From Raillietiella orientalis (taxonomy: Eukaryota): 64,000 bases of DNA. A program made the position numbers and the translations under genes. The notes under the pieces are model-generated. The model was given only the letters and a program-made list of their open reading frames with translations. It was not told where the DNA came from and did not search any database. Numbering within the stretch: position 1 is the first letter of the stretch; the number at the start of each line of letters is the position of its first letter. The stretch is taken from assembly GCA_036172245.1 (NCBI GenBank), contig JAYWIR010000033.1:2294001-2358000 (forward strand), written 5' to 3'. Of this stretch, positions 47,046 through 61,300 are shown one piece after another.

Positions 47046-49233
47046 CTCTCGACGTCTAGCCCGTTTCTCCACCTCCTCCAAGAGAATTTTTGTTTCAGAT
47101 AGGGTTTTCGTTTTTCAATTGGTTCACCGCTTCCCTCGGAAATGCGGGAACTGGACGCTTGTCGATTAACGCGGTGCTATGGACGAGCGATCTCCAGCAA
47201 GGGGATTCCTCGTGCATCACAATGCTCACTCTGTGCGAGTCAGCCTTATCGTCAGGATGCACTATCTGCTCTCGGGTACGAGACGTTTGCACGGGGAAGA
47301 CATGTCCGAAAGCTGAACTTTGATTTTACTCCCGAGCAGCCCGCCAAAACATTCCCTGCCCAAGGAACGTGCCGGTTGGGAATTGCGTGGACGAAAAGTT
47401 GCCTTCACAGCGCGCTCGCCAACAGCCGTAAAGGGAACATTCCTGGAAGGAAAGAGAAAAAATGCGCTGGAGATGCCAAAACACCGTAAGCAAGTTGATG
47501 TGTTTGCATATGGCGAAAAGCAAGGACCGTCAGGACAGATCCAAAACGCGAAAATCTCCGAGTCTCTCATAATATACTTATCCCTCGTGTGAAATGCATG
47601 AGCAGGGGAAAAAGCCAGTGTTCGATTAGAGATACAGGTGAAGCAGATGTTTCCATGACAACATCGTGTGACGAGCACCATACCAATCTATATATTTTCT
47701 ATTAAAAGAAAGCATCAAGATGGGAAAAAAAAATTCTGCCTTTTCTTTCTCAAGTCGATAAAGGCGTTTTGGAATTTACTTTTAATTCATTAACCCATGC
47801 TTCATTTATGTAAACAACTGAAACATATTTTCAACTTCCATCGCTGACAGAATGAAGTACTCGAATTCGTACCGTGTGCCCTCATCTAGATATGAAAAAT
47901 ATACAAATGTCACATGTGTGCCTATCTCACTTATTTTCACGTGTGCATAGCGGATCTGACTCATAACCGTAGAGATCGTTCCCAATGGCATCCTCTAAGG
48001 TGATGATGACATACCTGTAAATGATCTGTTCCTGAATATTCAGAGAGCAAAACGAAATCGCAGTTTCGTATCATTATCAGTTTGATGCTGTGCACTATAA
48101 GTGCTCAATAGATGTAGCTCTGACAGGCGCTCATTTATTTTTCTCTAATACTTACATTTGAACTGTCCGTTCCTTCAATTTTATCTGAGCAAAGATTTTT
48201 GGGTGAACTCTAAAAGAGGAAATGACGTCCACTTGTACTCACATCTACGGAATACTTCCATGACTTTCGACGAGGATACTAAAGTTATGGTTCGGATAGT
48301 TTCCAATTTTTTTTTTTTGGAGGGGGGGGAGACTCGGTGTTGATTTTTTTTAGAGATAGATTGCGAGTTCTAGTTTCGGAATCATTGAGGCTTCTTCTAA
48401 TAGATGATGCTGATAGGTGACGAAATAATGAACAGGTTGATTGATAGCAGTCTCCGATGCGCTGGCAATCAGAAGCACAGCTTTTCTCAGACAAACGCCT
48501 TGAAAAAAAAGCAGTCACGTGACACCATGATTTCCTCCGTAGAATCCTTATATCGTGTGATGCAGGAAGACCGAATCTCAATGAAAGCTGATGAAACAGG
48601 CGGAATAGACCGTCCTGGATCCTATCGAATTTTGCATTTCGCCGTGTTGCCGTCCCGGTTTCATGTTAGCATAATGTGGATTTCCGGGATGAATAATGCG
48701 GGAGAACAGGGAATCGAAACATACCAACTTGGCAAATGTAAGGAATAAATAGACCTATAAATGCCACGGACTTGAGAAGCACCAAACGACGTGCAGATTC
48801 TCAAAGGTTTCTCCTCTGTGTTTACTCTCTGCATGTTGACGCCGAGTCGTGGGGTTTATAGGAATTCCTGTTTTCGTCTCGTTCCCTTTTCCCATCTTAC
48901 TTCGCTGAATTCGGTCCACAGCGCGATTTTTTCACAAGGCAGGAAATTGCCTTCCTTTGTTTTGTTTTTTTCTGCTTTGTTTTGTTTTGCTTTTGGAAAT
49001 GAAGACCATGTTGGGTATACGACGCTTTTCCAGACCCGTGCTTCCTATCGATTCTGGGATGAGTGGCATCACGGTGGAATCTCATTAGGGGCTCATGGCC
49101 TCCTGATAAATTGCTCGGCTCATCGTCCATCAATAGCTCACCATTCGAGACTAGGAAAGGATCACAGACCTTTCGCTGTAAACAACCCTTCACTGAAGAC
49201 ACATTGGAAGTCGGAAACGACCTTTTCATTTGC

Positions 49234-49341
49234 ATGATGTCTGGTGCACCTGCCGGTAGTGAGCGATGGATCACGGATTGGAATATATGGAAGCACCTGA
49301 TTCGACTCTGCCGCCATATTTTGTGCTTCCACGGGATTTTG
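49234..49341 (+). CDS. Nox4: Nox exon 1 (short N-terminus)
   Basis: MMSGAPAGSERWITDWNIWKHLIRLCRHILCFHGIL|gtaatt; phase 0 matches exon 2. Confidence 0.65.
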
Positions 49342-52300
49342 GTAATTATTTTATCAATTCTTTTTGAGATTACTGCATGTCTTTTCTTTTTTTCTAAAAA
49401 AAAAAAAAAAAACTCGCGCGAAAATCTTGATGATCTTTGGGGTGTTTCCCTGGTAACCAGATATCCCTCAGTTAAATTTTGTGTTTCTTTTTTTAGATCT
49501 CTTGGGTCAGTTTGAATCTCTTCATCTTTATGACGGCCTATCAGCATTTCCAAAAACCGGAGTACAAATTACTGCGAGACAGGCTCGGGGTACGTGTACC
49601 TTTGAATCTTCGTACATCCCTACACAATCTTTAAATAAACAGACACTCTAAGCAAACTCACAGCGAAACTTTCTCTGCTACGAAACCACTTCATTTCCAC
49701 TGCAGGACTTTTTTTGGGGGGGTTTTTTTTTCTTTTTTCACTGGGAACCAAGATTGGCTCCATAGACCGTCGATTAAACGATTTTCCATTTTTTTAACTT
49801 GCAGAAAGTCCAGCGTTACTATTATTATTATTATTATTATTATTAACGACGCTGGACTCGTGTTATTCGGTGCTCTACGGAAGACATCACACTCCGGTTT
49901 GAGGGAATCGTAATGGTACATACACACGGTTCCTGTTTTCTGGAATGGCCACTGGCCGATCTTTCTGCAAAGACTCCGAACGAGTGACCTCAGCTCTTGA
50001 GACACCACCACCTCGTCCGGTGCCGAACACCGTGTGGGTGTGTGTTTTTTGTGCAACTTCCGGGGCCCGTAAACTGCGAGGATTCTCCGAAATCCGTTCG
50101 CAGTTTACGCGTGAAATTTCATCACGGCTCCAACCGGAATCTTTCGAATCCGATAAAACCGTTTTTTGCAACCATTTTCCCGGGAATACGCCCCGCCTCA
50201 CATTGTGATCGCCTACAACTGATAGCTGCTCTTCTCTAGATTTCCTTCCTGCTTTCCCGCGCATCTGGAGCCGTCCTGAACGTGAGCTGCTTCTTCGTCA
50301 TACTTCCGGTTTGCAAAGGCTTGATATCGTCCCTGAAAATTTTCCTCGACCGCAACCACAACCACGGCTTCCTCTGCTACCTCCTGGGGATGTGCAGCAA
50401 GGTGCATGCGATGTGCGCCGTCACCGTCATCGTAGCATCAGGTGACCTGCTCGCTGTGTGTCATTTGGCGTCTTGGCGATGTCCCTGCGCACGCTTCCTC
50501 CTCCTTCAGATCTCATTTAGATAACGAGCTCGAGAGAGAGGCAGCTGATCGTGGGCACGCTCGCTTCCTGCTCTCGCGAAATCCACGCTCCTTTCGGGAT
50601 CCGATCCGCCGAACACGAGGGATTCGTTTCCTGGTTCCCGGACGTTCTCAGACCGAGCGATCGCCGCGCGCATGCGCCCCGCAAAGTCCGTGCAGGATTG
50701 AGAAACCAGGTACCGAGTGGAAGGATTCACGGAAGATGCGATTCTCTCTCCTCCCTCCCCCCTTCCCGGACCTCTGCGTCTCACACTCGACCTCGGTCAC
50801 CAAAGACCTCCCTGAGTCTTCTAAGCGACTGCGCTTCTCGGAAGCGAAGACCCCGTTTCGTCAACGAGGAGAGCAAGAAAGCCACTCTTGCTTCGCATCT
50901 GGAACATCAAAAGAAAATTACCTCGCTGGAACACGTGCGCGCATGCGCCCAAGAACGCTCGAGATTCGGTCCGCGCCTTGCATGCGAGTCACGGTGGGTT
51001 GCCTCGCAGCGGCGAAGACGTGGTCGGCTCCTCGCGCCTCTTTCGGATGGAGGCTGCTGCTTGGTTTGCCTCCTCCATCGCATCCCTTGGAAACACGTAT
51101 GCCACGCTCTTCTTCGGTGACACGAAAGAAAGAAAGGGATGGCAGAAAATGGAGATGCGGAGATTCTTAGCACGCAATCGAGGATAACAACGAGATTCTT
51201 TCGATGTCAGCGCTTTCGTGCTTCTGCAGCGAACGGGAGTCTCTCAGGGCGAAAATTCAGATCCCGCTGCATTCCGAAAAACGATTTGGCTCTGCTGAAA
51301 TCCGAATCTCCTCAGGCATTCCCCCCTGGTGGCGATTCCTTACCGTCTCGCAATTGCCCGCGTCCTCCTGTTACGCGCATGTTTTCACTCACCCGCCTGG
51401 AAGAAAGAGGAGGCGCGCGCGCCGTAGGGCGCTCCGGGTCGAGGCGGGAGAGATTGACTTTCAGCGAACAGCCCGTGCGCTCGCGAACCCGATCTGATCT
51501 GCGATATCCATGGAGCATTGTGAGGATGGAGCGGAAGACTTGCTCAAAGCTGTTGGGTAGAGTATCTCGTTCAGAGCGAGGGGAAGAGTTATCTCGCTGA
51601 GGACTCAGCGCGAGATGCATACGAAGCAGTTCGGATCGCTCGCTCTCGCAGCCCGGCAACCATTCCTTGGGACTGCTTCTCTCTCTCCCACCCCGAGCGG
51701 GCCGTGCAGCTTCGATCCAAGTGCCTTCTTGCCGCTGGTGGTGATAATAACAAAGTTGCTTGAGGTGCAGGAATGCTGAAGGGTTTGAGTGCATCTCACA
51801 GGTGGAAATGTTAGGGTTATGGAAGGAGCCACGCTTGCAAGCTAGCGGATCACCATCCTCCAAAAGTGGGCCATAACACTTGAGAGGCGACATTTCATTG
51901 GCTCTCGCTGAAGCATGCCTATCGGGATCTTCTGGCCTTCGCTTGGTTTTCATGCTGCTTTCAGACAACCGAAATTCCTCACGCATTCCTACGTTATGGC
52001 TATTCTCAAGAGGCTTAGAAAAGGCGCATTCCGAATCCACAATGTAGAACTTGAGATCTGATGGCAATCATTTCTGATGGAATCGCAGAATTTAGTAAGA
52101 CCTTTGTTTGAAGATGCTAGACTGCATCCTGGAAACCACGATGCGTTTGGCTTCTGCTGAACGTCTTCGGTCACACTCATACGGACTTCCCACGCGTCTC
52201 GGTTTGGGAATCATGTTCTTGGACCACGAGGAATTCACTGAGAAACAGTGTATTCTCCGTTCTGTCCTTCTATATCTCCATTACTGTCATTTCGATCTTC

Positions 52301-55300
52301 TATTATCATTACTGTTATATTGTGCGATTCCATTTCTACCTTTCTTTCTAATCCTCGTGTTCATGCTTTTCCTTTCCACTTATTTGTGGAGCTGCAGAAT
52401 GATTTTCCTTGGAGTTTCTAGAGAAAAAATTCTTCCAGATCCACAAATAAACGGAGAAGAAAAGCATAAACTCCTATCTCGTCCTCTTGGAACGCAGCAA
52501 GTGCAAAGAGCAATTCCTGCCCTGCAATTTCTGTGTCCACTGTTCCAGAGCGCTGGGGTCCACTGTGCCTCCTCCGGAGGAATTTCTAGTGTCTCTTCTA
52601 ATAGATGATGAATTTCTGGAATTTCTAGTAGCCAGAAACATGCACTCTTCTTCACCTTTGCTATTGCACAAGGATGCTGTTCTCTTCAATGACGTGCCAC
52701 TGCATGTCTTTGAAGGGCATAGCGTTCAAGGTCGCCTGCAAATGAGAACTCTTGGAGAAGCACCTTCCATTCTTTTTAGCGCGTTTTCTGGTATGCTGAA
52801 TCTCCTCTGCTGTCCAATCTTGCTTGCACGGTGTTTAGTTTCCATTTCATTTTGCTGTCTCTCCTAGTGGCGCAGCTTGTTTTCTGTTGTTTGTTTGTTT
52901 CCATCTTGCTGTTTTGCTGCTGCTCGCAAAACAATTTTAAGCAGACCTCAGATGTGATAGAAGGAACCTTGGCAACTCTTTTAGGAAGAGCGCAGACAGT
53001 TCTATTTTGATTCATACTGCCCAGCACTGTCGCAGACCATCAGTTCCTGACGGACTCTTTGTTCACGCCTGCTTTTGAGAAGTTCGAGCACCTCCGTGCC
53101 GCTCTCATTTCTCGATCGGAACCGACTGATTTGTGGAAAATCTTGGATGAGATTCCCTTCAGGGAACGCATGTAGATCCACAGAATCATTCTTCTTGGCC
53201 GACTTGCACTGGCTCCTGGGAGACTAGAATGACAACACTGTCTTTCTTCCTTTCTTTTCTGGAAAAGCATACCCAGCTGCGTATTCCCAGCTGCGATTCA
53301 CACGCGCTGGAGGAAGAGACTCGTCCAAACGATGTGAAAACGTTTGCAACTGACTTCTGGGCACCAAAAACTGTGAATGCCGTCCTTCGCTCACGAAACT
53401 TCGATGTCTTTTGCTTGTGACTCAAACGGACCCTCTCACCTGCGAATGTGAGTTTGCAGTTCAGCAGTTCCGCTCTGAAATCGAGGAAGAGGAGCCAAGA
53501 AGTCGGTGGTGGCAGCAGCTGGCAACTACTGAGATCTTGGACGTTTGCGATCGGGAAAGTCGAGGAATTCCACTTCGCGCTGCAGCAAACCCTGACGGAT
53601 GAGAAAATTTGGTTGCTGGGGACATTACGTTCCAGCCGTCGCTTTCATCCGGCAAGGCAATTCATCCGGCTATCAAACTCCCTGAAACTATTGAACGTTA
53701 ACTGGAGATCGATCAGGAACGATCTTGTGACCTCTGAAGTCACAGACATTTCCGTTTGGGTCGGGCGCTCAATGCAAGAGGAAACCTTTTGATTTCCATT
53801 GTTCTAGGGGCATCAGGGAAGCTATTTCTCAGAGGACATAGAAATTTCCCGATGGTATCCAAGAGAAGGACACTCTCTGAAATTATTTCTTGGAAGTAAA
53901 GGGTGAGCGACTTAAAAACAGTCCGCCTCGTGGAGGTGGGTAAGTTTTAAGTGGCTCGACCTGGATACTTCTGACTTTGTTTATGGGACTCACTGGGTGA
54001 CCCTTGTTTCTGGCATCCCTTGACGCGAGAGTAGGTCCATCGCTTCTGACGAAAGGTGGCTCTCTGTGGCCGGAAACTGTAGGTTGAAGTTCCCCGGAGC
54101 TTCCTCATTGACCAGAGCTGACATTTTGGCGGCTGGCCTCTTGGTTCCTCAGAGGAGAACTCTCGCAATCCTTTGCAAGCAAGCAAGCCAGCCAAATTCG
54201 GGGTGAAATCCTGTTATCTTTGAGGTATCCTTTTCCACCCTTCTAGCAGAATTTCTGGAATCGCGCGGTCAGTGGACAATTGAGGGGTGAAGGCAGAACC
54301 CTTCTAGCTGTCCTGCAACCATTTCTTGAAAAACCTTGCACGGAATCTTCCAGCTTTGCATGTCACAGCGCACTTCTTCAATGCTTGGTCCTCTTCGAAG
54401 AACTTCGATTACGATCACCCAGAAATCAATTTGGCCAGATACCAGGGACAGGTGAGTAAACTTCCGTTCTTCTACTCTACAATCCCTTCGGGTGAGGTCA
54501 TCTGGCTCTCTCTAATCTCCGATGAATGTCCTCTGGCTGGACGCAGGGGTGTGCAACCTAAGATTTCAAAGCTCTGGGTCTGTGCTGCCGCTCCTCTTTG
54601 ACGTTGCGACCCCTTAAGCGATGAAGCGAATGAATGAGATCATCCGGAGCTGACACCTGGTGTGTCCCCAGCCAGGTGTAGATGGCACGGCCCCTCAGAT
54701 GCAGAGCCTGATTATGCTCTGCACGCTGGGAAAAGATGGGGAACCGGCTTTGCATCGGGGGTGCAAAGGGCAACCTTACAATCGGAAAGCCCGAATCTCT
54801 CCGTTGATGGGCATCCTTCCTTCAACGGGCACGCGTAGGTCTGGCTGCGCTTTTGCAAGTTTTACGTGTGCACTTGGCTTCGGAAAGTGACACGGGTGTT
54901 TTGCCGGAGCAAAGCTTGGAAATGGAGTGCCCGAATAATGCACTCAACTTACTGCGAGCATACAGTGTTGTTTTCCTGCTTCACTTCCGTTAACTCAAAA
55001 GACTTTTCTCACTCTTTCCCCATCACTGTTTTGGATCTGCCGCCTGTAATCTGTGTTGGCCATGTCGTTTGCACAGGAAAGGGTTATCCCTCTCCTCAAA
55101 ATGATTGCATTCGGTCGTTCGGGGAGCTGCTTCTATACCCTGGAAGCTGCGAGCTGAAGCTTTGCAACTTTCTTACATCTGCCCGGAAGGGTGTTCTGCT
55201 TACGAACGAGCAATGCTACTCGTGAACCACGGCATAGACAGCCACTCGGGTTCTGTGAGGTGAGGGACCGAGTCTGCTGTGCATTCCATCAAAGTCGCTG

Positions 55301-58300
55301 CTCTTGGGATTTTTTTCAGGAAGAGGGTGCCTCAAAAATATCCAGAGCTTCAAGCCCTCGGGTCCTCCGATAGTTGATGGTTTCCATGGTTTTTTTTTTT
55401 CTTTTTTTCTTTCCGATCCTAGGTAGCATTTTCTCATCCCACTTTTGTTCACTCCTTCACATCTTGGAATCAAAACTCCATCCTGGGAACCTTTTTGCTT
55501 GTTCGCTCTGGAGGGAGGTGTTCCCATGTGACAAGAAACTTTACACACTCCTTTCACATTCGACAATATACCTAACACAGTAATTTGAATGACTGAGGCG
55601 GGGAGGCGTGCAGAGACAGGATCAACTCATCAGCACCCTTTGGTCTGCGCATTTCTCCTGTAGGAGGGCAACGATTACTGGTTGCCAGTTCTTGGCCGAG
55701 GGATAAACATCAGCACAAGTACTTCACTCCTCTCTTGGCTGTTTCTGTCGAAATCAAGGTGTACCACACCAGTGTGTTTCTGTTCGTCCGAACTCCTTCT
55801 CCTACTTGTCGCGCGTTCGCATGACCGGCTCAGCGAACAAAGTGCTGAACAGTATTTCCCAGTGAGAATTCATGGGGTCTGTGTAGGGAAAACGAATCCC
55901 CAATTCTGTACTGTCTCCTCATTTTTGTTAAACCATCACGCTCAGCCTCTCTGATCAATCGAAAGAGGAGAGACTGGATCTCCGTCTTTTCGGGATACCG
56001 AAGTCGGTCAAGCAACCTTTGTCCCAAAATACTGCTGTTGCTGTACCACCACACCTTGCTTCCTCCCATCAACCCTACCAACATCTTGTGATGGATTAGA
56101 AATAGGTAGGCAAAAATCCCGTTCTCGGGAGCTTATAGCTTCGGTAGACACTGTGCACTGATCACTTATCTTGAGTTAAAGCGCGTGCAGCCTTCCTAGA
56201 GTCAGAAAATAGATCTGAGTCATGAAAGGTCATCCACAAAACTACAACCTTTATTTCTCACAGGTCGAATGTGCATGTAGATCTCTTTTAGAGGCCTTTG
56301 TGAAGATTAGTCGATGGAAGCCTTTATTAGCGTCTTGTGTCTTTGGTTTATCTTGCCCACTTCACGTAGATAAAGCTGATTTTTGCTGGATAACCTCCTC
56401 ATCAGTTCTCCTATTTATGTACCAGAGTCTCCACTCAGCTCACATTCCCGGTGAAATCTGCACATTCAGGGTAAATGCTACTAGTGTTTAAGCAAAGAAG
56501 CAAGTCCAACCCAAACCCTTCTGCCACTAGTAGAGGCCATCCTCCTTCTACTTCTTTCCTCTCAATGGTGGTACGAAGTGCAGTTTCTTCGGAAATCTGT
56601 TCAGCACGGAAGTTCGTTGCCACGGGAACCCTCCATGGTTTTTTCATGCAATTCAGCCACGTGTGTGATAGGCATCCGGGTTTAAAGTTGAACACTGCTC
56701 ATTCCCAGTCCTCACCAGAAGAAGAAGAAAAAATCATCCCAATTGCCTTCCCGGGGAATCTCTGACTTAAGCTGGAAGCACTGCTTGGAGGCTGCCAAGA
56801 GGCGCCTTACCTACGCCCTCTTCTCTGAGCTTTGCCTATCCAGCCTCGCTTCTCTCTGCCGCCTTTTCTCTTCTTCTTCACTGAAGAGTTTGGATCCATT
56901 CGCCTTGAAATGAGACACATGAGGCGAAGCATGGAACGGCAATCTTCCGAGAGGGACACAACCTGCTCCCAGTCCGAGGAATGTACGGTCGGCAGGATCG
57001 CTCAACCGTGCCGCACAGGCGAGGTCGAATTGAACGCGAGGTGACGAGGGCGTGGGAAAGGCACGGGAGCGCTGCAGCAGAGAGCAGTCAAAGAGGCAAA
57101 CGAACCATCTCTCCTTCCCTAGTAACATGGACTTTACCCACGAGCGGCTAGGTCCGCAGCAGGGTCACCAACGAGCGCAGGCGGCGCGAAAGCGACCACT
57201 TCTGGAAGCAGCAGACGAAACTGGCCGGGGCATTCCCGACCAGTAGCACCTTTGCTTTCCTCCGGGAGACAAAAGACCCAAGACGGAGCATAAAGGACTT
57301 ACATGGAGTCCACCCGGAGTCACCGTCATTCCATAGTGACCGAGCAGTGACGTGGACGCCTGGGTACACACGCGGGATCACTCGCAAAGCTGCGGAGCCC
57401 GAGCTCGGCAGCTTTGCGAGAAGCAGCTCTCTTCCGGTGTAGATGTGTAGAGGATGGGTCGAGCGAGTGAGGTTGGATTCCTAGGGCATCCCCTAGTGCA
57501 TACCAGGGCACCAAGGAAGCAAACGGAAGCTGAATTATTTTTTTTTTTTTTTGCCTGCCTTGTCTTCGTCTCAGAGAACACGCTCGCTGGTGGGCTTGGC
57601 AGTTGTCCGACAGCCTCGACGCCGCTGCGCCCACGCACCCGGGAGCCACAGTCTCTTCCTCCCCTTCCTAGGGAAAGGGGTTGTCCACGGAGCGGCAGTA
57701 CCTTTGCTAAACGAGCTCCTCCCCTTACCTTCGAGCCAAGAAGACAGAGAGGTCTTCGACCCCTGCGGGACGGCGGCTCTCGTAATATCACATTCCAGAG
57801 CACTTTCTCTTTCCCTCTGGTGGCTGGGAAGAAAGGTCGAAGCACTGGAGCGTTTCTCCAACACAGGACCTGGTCCCATGGAGCGGATCTCAGCCCGCTG
57901 CTCCGGGAGGAACTCTTCCAGAGCCTTTCCAACCGGAAACATCCCTTTCGCTCTTTGCTTACTCTCTCACTCCTTTGACATTCCTTGCGCAGCAAGAGGA
58001 ATTTTCTGTCTTCAGATTACTTCTCCGCTCCGCGGAGTCTCTGCGGCGATCGTTTCCTAGGCAACGGGGAATGGGAAAAGAGGGGGGAAAAAAAAACCCG
58101 TCGTCTTAGCCCCTTAGTGCTTCCGGCAGTTCGTCTGGAGACGAGGCCGGAGGCAGCTTACGGAACGGTTTTTCCCCCCTGGGAAAAGAGGGATCGCCGT
58201 TGGCAACCACGCCCATCTATCCCGCTAGCCCGAGGTTGCATCCGGGACGTGCTAATTCCAGTTCTTCCTGATTCCAGCATCCCGTGGTCGTCGCCCTGTC

Positions 58301-61300
58301 CACGTGTACGTATTCATCCTCTTCCCCTTTCCTCTCCACTTAACAAAAGAGCCGCCGGCGATCTTCCAGTTCCTGGAATCACGGGAACCCTCATGCTGAT
58401 GGTTCTCCTGCTGCTGACCTTGACCTCGTTGCGCAGGATGCGCGAGAGCCACTACAACCTGTTCTGGTACGCGCACAAGACGTGGTTTCTCTTCGTGGGA
58501 CTCCTGATAGCGCATCCCCTGAGGTGACGATCGAAGGGTTCTTACCTCGGAGCATTCCCTGAACTTCTCTGATTCACTCAGGGGAATCCTGAAGATGCAG
58601 GATATGGGACCGTCCTCGGACTGCGGAGGGAGCAGGAGAGAGGAAGGAGAGGACGAAATGAACGGCTGCCGCCATCCCCAGTTCGTGTCCATCGCGTCAT
58701 CGGTGAGCACACCCAAATCTGGCAAGGCCTCCGCTTTACCCAATGGGGACCGCGGAAGACGTGGATGTGGCTGTCGCCGGTGCTGCTGCTCTACTTCGCG
58801 GACTGGGTGCTGTTCAGAGGGAGGAGGGTCCAGCTGGTCGGATTCAAGGAGCACTCGAAGGACCTCCTCGAGCTGGTCTTTGCCAGGAAGAGCTTCAACT
58901 GGTTCCCGGGACAGGTAGGTGATGGAACCCGTCGAACTTCTCGAGCTCTCCCTGCTTCCAGTACGTGCTGCTCAGGTGCCCCGACATCTCCGAGCTCGAG
59001 TTTCACCCGTTCACGGTGACGGAGCTCCTGGAAGGCGATCGGTTCTCCCTGACGATACACTGCAAAGGAAACTGGGAAGGTAGGAACCGCTTCTCCGGGT
59101 ACTGGGTCAGGTTCTGCCGTGGGCCTTGAGAGAGTTTCCTCTTTTCACCCCTTTGCGCAGGTCGCCTGAAGCAGAAGCTGGCGCAGCTCCACGATCCTCG
59201 CTGCTGGAAGGGCGATCCTCTCCCCGAAGTCTCCCTCGGAGAACTAAGGTATTCTGGAGCACCCGCTAGGGGGAGCGTCAGCTGCCACCCTCAGGTTCCA
59301 CATGAAAGGCCCTTTCAGCAGCCCACTCGAATACATAAACGCCTATGAGACTGCCATCTGCATCGCAGGAGGAATAGGAGTCACTCCTTTCGCGGCTATT
59401 TTTAGAGACAGCTTGTGAGTATTATTAATAGGCGCCCACCTAACCCGCGTCTCCATGGGAACTCGCGCTTGCACGGAACGCTTTGAAGCAAAGGGAAGTG
59501 TCGCGCGTCATCAACAGTTTGAGGAAAATGACGATGATGATGATGATAACAAAGCGAAATGAAAATGAGAAATTGGAAGTTCGAAGAGGAAAGCAAATTA
59601 GGAATGAGGCTGGGTATCGAAAACGGCAAGGACGTTCCCAACCTTCACGTTTTGCAAACTCCTCCCCCGTCACTTGCAGTTCAAACCCACAGGGCAAACT
59701 CTTCGACCTCGGCGTTGCGAAATTCCTTATGGACGGTCTGTCTTCCTTTCTTAGCCGGCCTTCCCTCCCGCACCAGAAGTCAAAAAACCTGGAAATTTTA
59801 TGATTCGCCGTCAAATCGAAAGCTCCCGCTCTCCAGAGCTCATTACACGCTTAAAGAGGAAGAGCCCCGCGCCGGCGAGAAAGACTTCTTTATAGAGGAG
59901 GGGCGAAGGCGCAGTTTGGGGATGAGTTACTTCTTTAGAGGAAGAAAAAAAAAGGAAGGAAGGAGAGAGAATGGAATAACACCGCGATTTGAGAAAGAGC
60001 CGTAAGCGAAGGTTATGAGCAAACCAACACCTTCTCGTCCATACATCATAGTTTTGGAATACGTAGGAAAATAAACCTCGGAAGAGAGAAACCCCCGGAT
60101 GCTCGAATCTGTTTGCAGAATCCAAACTGTGGCATTTAGAGCTTCAGGGTTTCTTGCGGGAAGCGACGTAGGAGAACTCCCCGGGAAAAGATGCAACTGA
60201 GACCGGGGTTCCAGCAGAAGACTGCCCGGAGCTAATTTTAGCAGATCCTTTAGAGAACAGAGAACCATTTAAGTACGGGAGTATGATAATTTAAATGTGG
60301 AAATTTAAATTCCGGAAATTTAACCTGTTACGTGGGTTTGACCTATTCCTGCGTTTTGCAAAGGCCCCCCTCCCCCCCCACTGCGGTGGGGCGTTTGACG
60401 GATGGAAGGCGCGGCGTGGAAAGAAGAAAAAGAGCTGCGCCTTGCCATCGAAATGCGGAATTTCAGTGAAAAGTTGGGAGAATCTCACTTATTTGTGTGT
60501 TGAACTGACATTCTGAAGGGGGCGGCAATGTGCAATGACGTCATGCATTTCTTATCGAAGCATTTTTGGGGTGATGTAAGGTAAAAAATTCTTCTTGCCT
60601 TCCCTTTTGACATACTGAATTTGTTTGCATGCTTTTCACCTCACGGAAGCCCTGGTTGGGGGAAATGCTAATTTTTCTCTCAATTAAGGCCTCCATTAGT
60701 TTCCTCGATTCAGACTTCCACCGATTGGTTTGGGCAAAAGGTCATCTAGGGGAGATGTAAGCGTAATTTTAGTTTTTTCCTGGGAAGCCTCGCCTACAAT
60801 TTCCAGTGTGCTTAGAAAGCCAAGGAAGAAATGCTCACTTTTATGAATTTTTGGATAAGAAGCCGACATCCATAATTGTGAAGCAGACGAATTCTCATTG
60901 CAAGGCAGTATGTGGAAATCCATCCTCCAAGGATGAGGAATTGGCATCCGGCAAACAGCACAGGAAGGAGACGCTCCATCTCCATATGGATGCTGCAAGG
61001 AATTGCCAGAAAGCCCAAAGCTGCATTCCTCTGGAAGAGGAAGAATGTCCACTCCTCCCTTAGCAGAGTGATGGCTCATCACAGACTTTTGTTGCCTTGC
61101 AGATTCATTCGTTCTGAAGGTAACCAAAACGCGACCTCGAGGAGCAGAATTTCCAAAATGGAAACTTTTCGGAAGAATATTCAACATCAATGCAGATATT
61201 TGTTCCAGGACGAGGCATTCGTGTCGGTGAATCCTTGTTGTTATGGAAACGGCGAAGGTCTATATATACCTTCTAAAAGGAGTCGTTTTGGAAGACCGAA

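Noticed and set aside
47090..48343. Additional upstream Nox exons or EF-hand region
   Set aside because: No EF-hand or Nox-like peptide found; the ATG exon at 49234 already joins in phase to TM1
50442..52067. Long ORFs (242 aa +, 251 aa -) in Nox intron 3
   Set aside because: Arg/Ser/Pro-rich translations typical of GC-rich non-coding DNA, with no recognisable motif
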